Source: a virus (taxonomy: Duplodnaviria > Caudoviricetes). Taken from it: DNA of 64,000 bases. Each line of letters opens with the position of its first letter. Position 1 is the stretch's first letter. The stretch spans positions 1,399 to 65,398 of the IMG/VR virus record IMGVR_UViG_2744054855_000002; one strand, given 5' to 3'. Shown here in pieces: positions 1 to 7,566 of the stretch. Below the pieces are notes generated by a model, which saw nothing but the letters and a program-made list of their open reading frames with translations, made no database searches and was not told the DNA's origin. The position numbers and the translations under genes are program-made.

Positions 1-23
1 GCCATGTTTCACAGGAGGTCCTC

Positions 24-206
24 ATGGCCACTATCCAGATCATGTCCGTTGTCGGCAGCGCCGTCCCCACTCCACTGCGTGAGCAGGGCCTGCTGGCGTG
101 CTGGTACCTGGTACGCAACGGCGAAGCCGTGAGCGGGCCGATGCCATCCCTTGCCTCGGCCCAAGCCCTGGCTGAACAGTTGCAACCAGGCGTCCTGGTG
201 GCCTGA
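24..206 (+). CDS. small hypothetical protein (60 aa)
   Basis: AGGAGG RBS before ATG; followed by a terminator. Confidence 0.7.
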   Translation: MATIQIMSVVGSAVPTPLREQGLLACWYLVRNGEAVSGPMPSLASAQALAEQLQPGVLVA

Positions 207-243
207 CCCGAATTTGTTGTGCGTTGCTCCCTACGCCCTTATG

Positions 244-270
244 GCCCGCCAATTTGGCGGGCTTTTTTTT
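244..270 (+). terminator. rho-independent terminator
   Basis: GCCCGCC-AATTT-GGCGGGC followed by T8. Confidence 0.8.
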
Positions 271-301
271 GTTTTTGCCGGCCCTGTCACTCAGTGTTGG
301 C

Positions 302-616
302 TCAGCGTTGTGAGCTACGCCGCAGCTGGCTGGTCAGCGCCAGCACTTTGCCTTGCAGCCGCCCTACGGTCAGCACCAGATCGTTGCGCTCCCTGGCGAG
401 CTGATCAGCTTTGGCTTCTGCCTCTCGCCGGGCGTCCCGCTCAATGTCCAGCAACTCGGTCAGGCGGCGGATAACTGCAATATCTGCGTTGTCCATCGCA
501 CGCTCGGCTGCATCCCGGGACAGCCACTTGCGCAGCCATAGAAATGCACCTAGCAACACAGTGCCCGTGCCGCTCAGCCAAGTGACTGTGCCCGGGCCGA
601 GGTCGGTCGGATCCAT
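302..616 (-). CDS. phage holin-like membrane/coiled-coil protein, paralog of 36356-36727
   Basis: MDPTDLGPGT..WL.GTGTVLLG.FLWLRK..S.DAA.RAMDNADI shared with the prophage late gene; GAGG RBS. Confidence 0.75.
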   Translation of the reverse strand: MDPTDLGPGTVTWLSGTGTVLLGAFLWLRKWLSRDAAERAMDNADIAVIRRLTELLDIERDARREAEAKADQLARERNDLVLTVGRLQGKVLALTSQLRRSSQR

Positions 617-695
617 GTAAACCTCATTACCGATGATGATGCGACGAGCCCTGGACAAAAATGTCTCAGTGGCTTTTCTTGTTGATGGATTTAAT

Positions 696-760
696 TTAGC
701 CTATAGCTAACATTGCAACAAGAGCTAATTTAGCCATGCGCACATTTAGCAACAAGCTAA
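696..760. promoter_or_regulatory. OR-like operators TTAGC-N5-GCTAA (696-710, 746-760)
   Basis: two perfect 15-bp inverted repeats between the divergent holin-like and repressor genes. Confidence 0.7.
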
Positions 761-780
761 ACACTGGCATGCTTCGTCCT

Positions 781-1605
781 ATGGACATCTACGACATTCG
801 CAAGCACAACCTGGTCAAGCTTATCGGCAGCCAGAAGAAGGGATCCTGCGCAGAACGCTGGGGGATGGCGCCTGCACACCTGAGCCAGATTCTTTCCGAC
901 AAGACCGCGAAAAACCTGGGCGATGATGTGGCCCGCAGAATCGAGGGCGTCGAAGGCCTGCCCCGGGGTTGGTTCGACGCACTGTCGGCAGGCGACCCCG
1001 TGCAGCCGTCGGTCGAAGCGGGCGAAGGCAAGCTTTCGGCGGCCGACCTGGTCAAGCAGATGCTTGCCCGAAGCGGCAAGGGCATCCCTGAAGAAACCCG
1101 GCAAAGGTTGCTGGCCGCTGCAGAAGAACCTCAGGATGCCACGCTGATAAAGGCTGACTTTGTTCGCCCGGGCCTGGTCGGTGACGAAGTGTGGATTGCC
1201 CACTACGATGTGCGGGCCGCCATGGGCGGTGGCCAGATCCCCCACGACTACCCCGAGATGTTCAAGGACGTTCGCGTCAGCCCCAGCCATCTTCGCGAGC
1301 TGGGTGTGGCGTTCGCTGAACACCACCACCTGAAGATGATCACCGGCTGGGGCCAGTCGATGGAGCCGACCATCAAGCACCGCGACCCGCTGATCGTCGA
1401 TGTCAGCATCCGCGAGTTTGTCGGCGATGGCATCTACTTCTTCTCCTGGGGTGATCACATCTATATCAAGCGATTGCAGATCGCTGACGATGACCACTTC
1501 GAGATGATTTCCGACAACTCGCGGCACAAGGACCGCATGATTCGCCGGGAAGAAACCTACATTCAGGCCAGGGTGCTCTTGGTGTGGAATGCGCACCTGG
1601 TATGA
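781..1605 (+). CDS. CI/LexA-like repressor (HTH + S24 autopeptidase)
   Basis: N-terminal HTH; C-terminal GQSMEP (Ser) and IKRL (Lys); C-terminal domain highly similar to 44504-45346; start could be 769 or 781. Confidence 0.9.
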   Translation: MDIYDIRKHNLVKLIGSQKKGSCAERWGMAPAHLSQILSDKTAKNLGDDVARRIEGVEGLPRGWFDALSAGDPVQPSVEAGEGKLSAADLVKQMLARSGKGIPEETRQRLLAAAEEPQDATLIKADFVRPGLVGDEVWIAHYDVRAAMGGGQIPHDYPEMFKDVRVSPSHLRELGVAFAEHHHLKMITGWGQSMEPTIKHRDPLIVDVSIREFVGDGIYFFSWGDHIYIKRLQIADDDHFEMISDNSRHKDRMIRREETYIQARVLLVWNAHLV

Positions 1606-1610
1606 AGCCG

Positions 1611-1634
1611 AAGCCCGCCACCCAGGCGGGCTTT
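1611..1634. terminator. terminator hairpin between convergent genes
   Basis: AAGCCCGCC-ACCCA-GGCGGGCTTT. Confidence 0.65.
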
Positions 1635-1643
1635 GCATAACGC

Positions 1644-1967
1644 TCAGAAAGGCGCTGCCGCTTCAACCTCCTCCTTGCTGAACTGCTCGACGATAAAGTC
1701 GTCACGCTCCTCCACACTGCTACGCTCCCAGCGCACGGTGACGCTTTCGTCGTCGTTGAACGTCAGGTCCAACTCAGGCGTGTCGGACAGCAGGCCCATC
1801 ACTTCCTCCCACTCCGCATCACCATCGGTATCCAGGCGATGCACAACGACCCAGCGCTGCGTCTGTGCGAGCGGGTGGTTGATCATCGACGACACCCGCA
1901 GGCCAAGCCGCTCTACTCCGGTCATTTCCTGATGTTGCTGGGGTGCAGCCTTCATGTGCTTAGACAT
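1644..1967 (-). CDS. DUF1654-like protein, paralog of 46381-46707
   Basis: ERLGLRVSSMINHP.AQ.QRWV..HRLDTDGD.EWEEVMGLL shared by both copies. Confidence 0.85.
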   Translation of the reverse strand: MSKHMKAAPQQHQEMTGVERLGLRVSSMINHPLAQTQRWVVVHRLDTDGDAEWEEVMGLLSDTPELDLTFNDDESVTVRWERSSVEERDDFIVEQFSKEEVEAAAPF

Positions 1968-1983
1968 ATTCTCATCCTGATAG

Positions 1984-1999
1984 CTGTATATTCGTACAG
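1984..1999. promoter_or_regulatory. LexA (SOS) box
   Basis: CTGTATATTCGTACAG matches CTG-N10-CAG, just upstream of the DUF1654 gene. Confidence 0.75.
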
Positions 2000-2093
2000 T
2001 GCTCGACGAGAGCTTATCTCACCGCCAAATCCAGCGTAAAGCCCTGTCACAGAAAAATTTCGCCAGCAGGTAATTTGTCTCAGAGCGATTTTT

Positions 2094-2136
2094 TTAGCTG
2101 ATAGCTATTGACCATATTTTAGCCTTTGGCTAATGT
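2094..2136 (+). promoter_or_regulatory. pL-like sigma70 promoter overlapped by two operators
   Basis: TTGACC (2108-2113)-17 bp-TAATGT (2131-2136); operators TTAGC-TGATA-GCTAT (2094-2108) and TTAGC-CTTTG-GCTAA (2119-2133). Confidence 0.75.
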
Positions 2137-2208
2137 TCGATTCGGCAGCCAGATGCAAGGCTGCTCGATCGGTTCATCCTTCAAGCCACTTTTTTGTCAG
2201 GAGCCCCC

Positions 2209-2883
2209 ATGACCGTACACATCAGCAACCTCACCATCGCCACCCCGGTGGCCGTCTCCTCAACCAATCCTATAGCACTCGAACTCAACGGTGCCGAAGC
2301 GATCGCGCGGTTGCCGAGTGTGGTAACGGTACTCAGCGATGGCTCGATCCAGCTTTCAGCCCCTACCAAAGGTGCTTCGAGCAAAAGCACCCACAGGACC
2401 CGCTGCGAGTGGACAGAAACCGAAGACTGGACATTGTCCAGCGCCCAGGATCACTGGAATCGCCAAACCATGACCCTGACCAAGGTCAACTCGGCGCTGA
2501 AGGTGGTGATCGCCCAGATGCACGTGCGTGGGGATGACAGCCCGCCGGTGAAGGTGTTCTGGAACAAAGGCAACATTACCCTGGGGTTTCGGCGGACCTA
2601 CAACCAGACCGACCCGGTGAACTCGACCGTGCTCAAAGGGGTGCCTCTGGGGGCGCAGTTCAACGTGAGCATCCACACCACGTCTGCAGGCGTGGTGAAT
2701 GTAACGGCCAAATGCAACGGGGTGTCCGGCGCCTCTGGTGATTTACAGCTCGACAGCACTTGGGCGTCGCGCCTGTTCGAATTCCACGGCGGCATCTACA
2801 ACCAGGTTGACTACACCGATGCAACGCCGGCCACTGACGGCTCGGTCTGCATCATCAGCGAGCTCTCGCTGATCCATCGCTGA
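2209..2883 (+). CDS. polysaccharide lyase family 7 (alginate lyase-like), no signal peptide
   Basis: PL7-type motifs RTRCE, QMH and FHGGIYNQ; AGGAG RBS. Confidence 0.8.
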   Translation: MTVHISNLTIATPVAVSSTNPIALELNGAEAIARLPSVVTVLSDGSIQLSAPTKGASSKSTHRTRCEWTETEDWTLSSAQDHWNRQTMTLTKVNSALKVVIAQMHVRGDDSPPVKVFWNKGNITLGFRRTYNQTDPVNSTVLKGVPLGAQFNVSIHTTSAGVVNVTAKCNGVSGASGDLQLDSTWASRLFEFHGGIYNQVDYTDATPATDGSVCIISELSLIHR

Positions 2884-3069
2884 GCGTCGAAAGCCGGCAA
2901 CGCATCCCGATGTCCCGCCCGTCACAAATGGCATCGGGACGCCGGCTAACCAAAAGCGCGTGGTTGACACGCGTGACACGCCACGCCATTGATTAGTCTC
3001 GATGAGTCATATTGTTGCCTACCCGCTCTCAGACTAATAATTAGCTATCTGCCTGGGGAGGTGCGAAAC

Positions 3070-3306
3070 ATGCAACCAAGATTCGTTATCGTTCCTGCTG
3101 TGCCAGTGGAAGGCGAGTCCTTCTGCATTGGCAACCGGTTCTATGCCGCTACAACTTCGGGCGGCTTCGATATCTACGACAACCAGGAGAAACAGCGGCT
3201 CAAGCGCGGCTTTATCAACAAGTCCGAGGCCGCGACTGCGTGCGCATTGATGAACGCCGAATCACGCAATCCAGCGGCGCAGTTCCCGATCTTGCGCACA
3301 GATTGA
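3070..3306 (+). CDS. small hypothetical protein, similar to 34854-35045
   Basis: GGAGG RBS; shared RF..V.A.P.EG and G..I.D..E..RL...F.N..EA...C...N pattern. Confidence 0.7.
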   Translation: MQPRFVIVPAVPVEGESFCIGNRFYAATTSGGFDIYDNQEKQRLKRGFINKSEAATACALMNAESRNPAAQFPILRTD

Positions 3307-3716
3307 TGTGCGGTATCACGCTGCCTTAACGCTAGCGGCAGCAGCGGACCAGTCCACCCGGTGAAGCGGCAGGAAACAGGCGCTCGAAAGGGCTTGCAGT
3401 GTCAAGTCGCCGTGCCGTAAATTTGCCCGATCCTGTCATTCCTGCTGGTGTTGAGGAGTGACGCTGAAGCCCAACACTCAGTTGGGCTTTTTCGTTTTTG
3501 CGACAGGGCGATTTTTCAATGGTGTGCCGATTGTTGCGATTCATTAAAAGAAAGTTCTCAAGAATGCTGCGAAAGTGGTTTGTATACCTCGTGGTTGCAG
3601 GGCTGGCGGGTAACTACAGCCGATTGTTCGATCATCTTTCAATCTGGAAACCTTGGCGCTTGGCCAAGGGCGTAGCGGCCTACCTCATCGCATCCTGACG
3701 CGTCATTCACGCGGCG

Positions 3717-3756
3717 CAGGATTAAATTTCGGTCACCTTGCGCCCTTCAGTCATAA
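3717..3756 (+). repeat. truncated third copy of the int-end/att-proximal sequence
   Basis: CAGGATTAAATTTCGGTCACCTTGCGCCCTTCAGTCATAA matches about 5108-5147 and 62936-62975. Confidence 0.8.
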
Positions 3757-3827
3757 CGCATAGGATCCAATGGCAGGCTTTGACTTCGGCGGGATATCAT
3801 CAGGTCTTCGGAGGATAGGGGGCTGAT

Positions 3828-4187
3828 ATGAAACCATGGATTGGGATAGTACTCGTAACCGCGCTGAGTGGATGCGGAACCGTTCGCACGGTGTCGGAAG
3901 AGTCGAAAGCCGTGGGCGATCTGGCTGAATGGAACTCGTACTGCCCAGCCATCCCTCGGGTGTACAGCGGCGTTGCCTACCAGTTTTGCAACTTAACTGG
4001 GCCGGAAAGAACGGGAATACATTCGGACCCGTATGAAATCTTGGTCGACATGGCCGCATCTTGTATTGCTGATACCGTTGTGCTGCCATACACCAGCTAT
4101 AAGCAATACAAATACGGCAATATGGTGATTCCGAGCTTCAGCCTGCAGATGCATCAAGAACCGGCTCAGTCAGGCGGCTCGAAATGA
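3828..4187 (+). CDS. YceK/YidQ-like lipoprotein
   Basis: lipobox LSGC-GTV; RVYSGV and D...S..ADTVVLPYT motifs. Confidence 0.75.
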   Translation: MKPWIGIVLVTALSGCGTVRTVSEESKAVGDLAEWNSYCPAIPRVYSGVAYQFCNLTGPERTGIHSDPYEILVDMAASCIADTVVLPYTSYKQYKYGNMVIPSFSLQMHQEPAQSGGSK

Positions 4188-4384
4188 CAGTAGCCTCGCG
4201 GCTGTAACCCTTCAGAACCTGAGCTACGCGGACCTAGCCATCGAGAACTGCCTCAACTGTAACCAGCGTGGTTGGTCTCCAGGTGAAAAAACGCCCACGC
4301 TTGGCGTGGCAATGGCGTGGCAATGGCGTGTCGTTGTCAAAGGCGAACTCGTCTCAAATCAACCATACAATGGATGAGATATCT

Positions 4385-4573
4385 ATGGGCAAAGGAGTTT
4401 TGGTGGGGCTAGTGATTGTTCTATCCGGGTGTAATCACTACTTCAATAGCCCTTATGGAAGTCGTTGGGATCAGCGAAACCTACCGTGCAATGCCACCCC
4501 TCCAAACCAACCAGGGTGCTATGACAGTGAGCACCAAGAGGGGCTTCTGAACAGGCTACTTGATGCTCACTAA
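4385..4573 (+). CDS. small lipoprotein
   Basis: hydrophobic signal ending LSGC. Confidence 0.6.
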   Translation: MGKGVLVGLVIVLSGCNHYFNSPYGSRWDQRNLPCNATPPNQPGCYDSEHQEGLLNRLLDAH

Positions 4574-4739
4574 GCAACCGGCACACCTCATTCTGCGGGC
4601 CTGGTTGGCGACTCTGTAGTCAATACTCAGGTTGACGACGACAACATGGGCTTTCTCCACGCGATAGAGGCAGGCTACTCCGGACAACAGTGCCTTAGCT
4701 GGTGGAATGATCGCCAGTACTAGGCCCTTGCAAAGGTCA

Positions 4740-4880
4740 TCATTCAACCTCCTTTTCGGCTGGGTCCTGAACAGTTACGGTCACGGTTGCCCGGTACTCG
4801 CTCAGCACCTGAGCCACCAGCACCTGGGCGGCCGGGAACTACTGCCGGATTTCCCGGCCTTTAGGCAACGTCGACTTCAC
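4740..4880 (-). pseudogene. decayed copy of the small tail-associated gene 9613-9837
   Basis: reads REIRQ*FPAAQVLVAQVLSEYRATVTVTVQDPAE versus REILTQFPAAQVCVAQVLKDYTAKVSISAKDPAE; internal stop. Confidence 0.75.
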
Positions 4881-4939
4881 CTGACCAGTCCACCGCGTTC
4901 ATCATGACAGCGTGTTGCCCTGCTGAGAGACGGTAGAGG

Positions 4940-5116
4940 TATGCCACGATGTGCCTCATGTCGGGGATGAATCCAGCGTTTATTGCTGGGCAGCTTGGCC
5001 ACTCGGTGCAGGTGCTTCTCTCGACCTACACAAAGTGGTTGAATTCTGCCAACGATTGGGCGGAACTGGCAGAACTGGAAAAGAACGTGATTGGTACAGA
5101 ATTGGTAAAGGATTAA
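4940..5116 (+). pseudogene. 3' remnant of a related phage integrase
   Basis: YATMCLMSGMNPAFIAGQLGHSVQVLLSTYTKWLNSANDWAELAELEKNVIGTELVKD; 51 of 58 aa identical to 62768-62944 by manual count. Confidence 0.9.
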
Positions 5117-5119
5117 ATT

Positions 5120-5179
5120 TCGTTCACCTTGCGCCCTTTAGTCATAAGGCATTCGACAGCAAATCAGCCATACTCCAGA
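5120..5179 (+). repeat. attL region; probable core TCAGCCATACTCCAGA (5164-5179)
   Basis: 60-bp direct repeat of 62948-63007 with 2 mismatches; the sequences diverge immediately after. Confidence 0.85.
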
Positions 5180-5282
5180 GATGTTTTCCGCGTTTTGAAG
5201 AGTTTCGCAAAGCGGAGAAAGCCCGTATTTACGGGCCCTCCAGCCCTCCCCGCAACACTCCATCCCCCTCCAAAACACAGCC

Positions 5283-5303
5283 ATTGGTACAAAAATTGGT
5301 ACG
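5283..5303 (+). promoter_or_regulatory. putative integrase arm-type sites (ATTGGTAC x2)
   Basis: the same tandem occurs at 62918-62937 and 5090-5109, on the other side of the core. Confidence 0.65.
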
Positions 5304-5466
5304 AGCCGGCTGTACGTCCATCCAGCACATTCCAGTACTGCAGCAGTAGCGTGAGATTCGGACATCAGGCCGCGCCACATGCGGCCTGCACTTAGCCCCT
5401 GTCTAATACAGTTCAGTCAGTTTCAGTGACTTTGACCCAGTAAAAACGAGAAGCTTTCGAGCAGTT

Positions 5467-5778
5467 TTAGACAGCTTTAGCACCCCATCCAGGCGTCCTG
5501 CCAACCACGATCCGTCCTGGGTCGTCGCTTACACCCTCCTCCCACAATTCATACTTGAACAGGCCAATGTGATAGGCCTCTTCGAACTCCATCAACCCCC
5601 AGGCCCTCGCCGCCTCGGACAGCTCCAGCATGTCAACCAGGTTCTCGGCGCTGACCTCTCGCCGACGATGGGCGGCATAGGCCATCTCATCGAGCACGGC
5701 AGCGCGCCCGTCCGGATCGGTGATCAGGGCGAACTGGTCGTTCAGCTCATCAAGCCAAGCCTGCGGTATCCCGGCCAT
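5467..5778 (-). CDS. hypothetical protein, second gene of an SOS-boxed operon
   Basis: ORF translationally coupled to 5778-6071. Confidence 0.7.
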   Translation of the reverse strand: MAGIPQAWLDELNDQFALITDPDGRAAVLDEMAYAAHRRREVSAENLVDMLELSEAARAWGLMEFEEAYHIGLFKYELWEEGVSDDPGRIVVGRTPGWGAKAV

Positions 5779-6071
5779 CATTCTGCCCTGCACCACCAGG
5801 ACTGCGCGTACAGCACGCCGTCGATCTCCTCGACCCCGTTAATGTTCATCCCGAGCTGGGCCATGCCGTTGACCTTGGCGTCGTGCAGCCGCGGGATGAT
5901 GTCGGGTCCTGGCGTCGGATTGAACACCCAGGCCTGGGTCGACACCCGGCCAAGCGGCTCACTGTGGTGGTCACCTATATGGATGTCAGCCCGCAGGGGT
6001 TGGATCTTTCTGAGCTGATCGGAAGGGATGGCCACGCCATTCACGCGGCGGCGAACGAGGAGGAAATACAT
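5778..6071 (-). CDS. hypothetical protein (MYFLLVRRR...)
   Basis: ORF directly downstream of a LexA box. Confidence 0.75.
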   Translation of the reverse strand: MYFLLVRRRVNGVAIPSDQLRKIQPLRADIHIGDHHSEPLGRVSTQAWVFNPTPGPDIIPRLHDAKVNGMAQLGMNINGVEEIDGVLYAQSWWCRAE

Positions 6072-6084
6072 GCGGCACCAAATA

Positions 6085-6100
6085 CTGTATATAGATACAG
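6085..6100. promoter_or_regulatory. LexA (SOS) box
   Basis: CTGTATATAGATACAG, near consensus. Confidence 0.85.
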
Positions 6101-6146
6101 CATCGTATCCACCAAGGCAGCACATGGGCAACTGCCGGTCAGCGGG

Positions 6147-6371
6147 TCAGTGCAGCGGGGGCAGATCCTTTCCCCGAGCCTTGGCGATGACGCGGAGCTG
6201 GTAATCGGACACAACCTGGAAGAGTGACTCGGCGAGGAGGCGCAATCGCTCGACTTCTTCCGCTGGCGCACCGCGATCTTGGGCCTGGTGATACTCGCGC
6301 ATGGCGTCAATAGCCTGCTGAATCAGCGGCTCGCCGGCCTCGACCATTCCAATGAAGGTGCGCTTGTCCAA
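6147..6371 (-). CDS. small helical hypothetical protein
   Basis: ORF with GGAG RBS before TTG. Confidence 0.65.
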   Translation of the reverse strand: MDKRTFIGMVEAGEPLIQQAIDAMREYHQAQDRGAPAEEVERLRLLAESLFQVVSDYQLRVIAKARGKDLPPLH

Positions 6372-6418
6372 GCCCTGCTCCAATCAGCGTCAGATTGCAC
6401 AAAAGGCCAAGATATTTC

Positions 6419-6976
6419 CTACCATGGCCCAAATGCACTGTTTGTATTAAGGCACCTATTCTTCGCGACCGAGGTAGCATTCTCGCCATTCGAAAGGGCT
6501 GGATAGGAACCAATTTCTTTAAACCACTGAATTCCCCGTTGCACACACTCCATGTAGGTGAGACTACGCGAATTCGAGCCTTCTATTGATGCCACTTCAC
6601 GCTCAGAGGCGGCGATCGCCTGAAGCCTTAATTTTTCTTCGAATCTCATTTTTTCATCAGCTATTTCAACGATGTCTAGCTGGGTTTTATCTGCGGAATG
6701 ATCAATCATCGTGGTTCCTCCGAATATCAAAAGGACTACAACGATCACCGTCCGCAAGCTGCTCAGGAGCCGAGATCGAGGAAGGCCGATGCGATCTGTG
6801 ATTCTGGGGAACGCCAAGATCAGCGCCGCACCCAACAGAGCTAATTTTAGACCAGTGTTTCCATCTGAATCGCTTGATGCCAGCCAGGTTCGCCCTTGAG
6901 TACAGACAATCATCACTACCCAGGTATATGCAATCCAAGCCGAGGCAGCTAGGACCTGCGCCATCATCCTATCCAT
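6419..6976 (-). CDS. membrane protein (3 predicted TM segments plus a Cys-pair C-terminal domain), moron
   Basis: hydrophobic segments, lower GC; start uncertain. Confidence 0.65.
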   Translation of the reverse strand: MDRMMAQVLAASAWIAYTWVVMIVCTQGRTWLASSDSDGNTGLKLALLGAALILAFPRITDRIGLPRSRLLSSLRTVIVVVLLIFGGTTMIDHSADKTQLDIVEIADEKMRFEEKLRLQAIAASEREVASIEGSNSRSLTYMECVQRGIQWFKEIGSYPALSNGENATSVAKNRCLNTNSAFGPW

Positions 6977-7071
6977 CACCGCATTGATGCGCTTCAGCAC
7001 TGAATTCCCCCGGTTTAACGAAGCCGCAAATTCCATGCAACGCAAAGTACCACGAGGCTTCAGCTTTCAAA

Positions 7072-7566
7072 TCATTTAATCAGCGCATTATAGGACGCTT
7101 CGCAGGCCTGGCCCGCTATTCGGGCTTGGTCATAAGCTTTCGCCAACTCTCCCGCTCGAGCATCAGCCCGTGCGAACAGCTCGGAGAGCACCATGGCGGC
7201 GCGGGTGGCTGCCTCGCCTCTGGCGACAGCGGCGGTATTCGTGCCGGCGCAACTGACGGCGGCGGCGAGCTGGGTGGCGTCACTGCGCAGCCGCTGGCCA
7301 GAAGCATCGGCGTCAGCAGCGCCAGCATCAGCAATCGTTCTTTCTTCCTGGGCATAGGCTCTCGCCTCCTCCTGCGCCTCGGCGCGTCGTTGTTCTTCCT
7401 GCCGGGCACCGCGCTCGCCGATGACCTCGGCCAGCCGATCACCACTGTCACGTTGCGCTGACGCTTGGCCGGCAACCGCGCGCTCCACCGACCGGCCATG
7501 CTGGTAGGCGCCCCAGTAGGACGTCACCACAAGGACCAAGGCTGCGGTCTTGACCCAGCCTTTCAC
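7072..7566 (-). CDS. rz: i-spanin (Rz-like, DUF2514-like)
   Basis: N-terminal TM plus coiled coil, overlapping the endolysin stop. Confidence 0.85.
   Translation of the reverse strand: MKGWVKTAALVLVVTSYWGAYQHGRSVERAVAGQASAQRDSGDRLAEVIGERGARQEEQRRAEAQEEARAYAQEERTIADAGAADADASGQRLRSDATQLAAAVSCAGTNTAAVARGEAATRAAMVLSELFARADARAGELAKAYDQARIAGQACEASYNALIK
7116..7355 (-). CDS. rz1: o-spanin lipoprotein embedded in the i-spanin gene
   Basis: MPRKKERLLMLALLTPMLLASGC lipobox, Pro-rich, alternate frame. Confidence 0.8.
   Translation of the reverse strand: MPRKKERLLMLALLTPMLLASGCAVTPPSSPPPSVAPARIPPLSPEARQPPAPPWCSPSCSHGLMLERESWRKLMTKPE

Noticed and set aside
757-1638. 293-aa antisense ORF, and similar long antisense ORFs (20133-21167, 28398-29390, 31185-32357, 51171-52088, 61895-62764)
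   Set aside because: Shadows of well-supported genes in GC-rich DNA.
302-1967. Tailocin locus or second intact prophage
   Set aside because: No structural, replication or endolysin genes are linked to it within the window.
3564-3698. Small membrane ORF MLRKWFVYLVV...
   Set aside because: Only 44 aa, weak RBS, no recognisable motif; cannot be supported.
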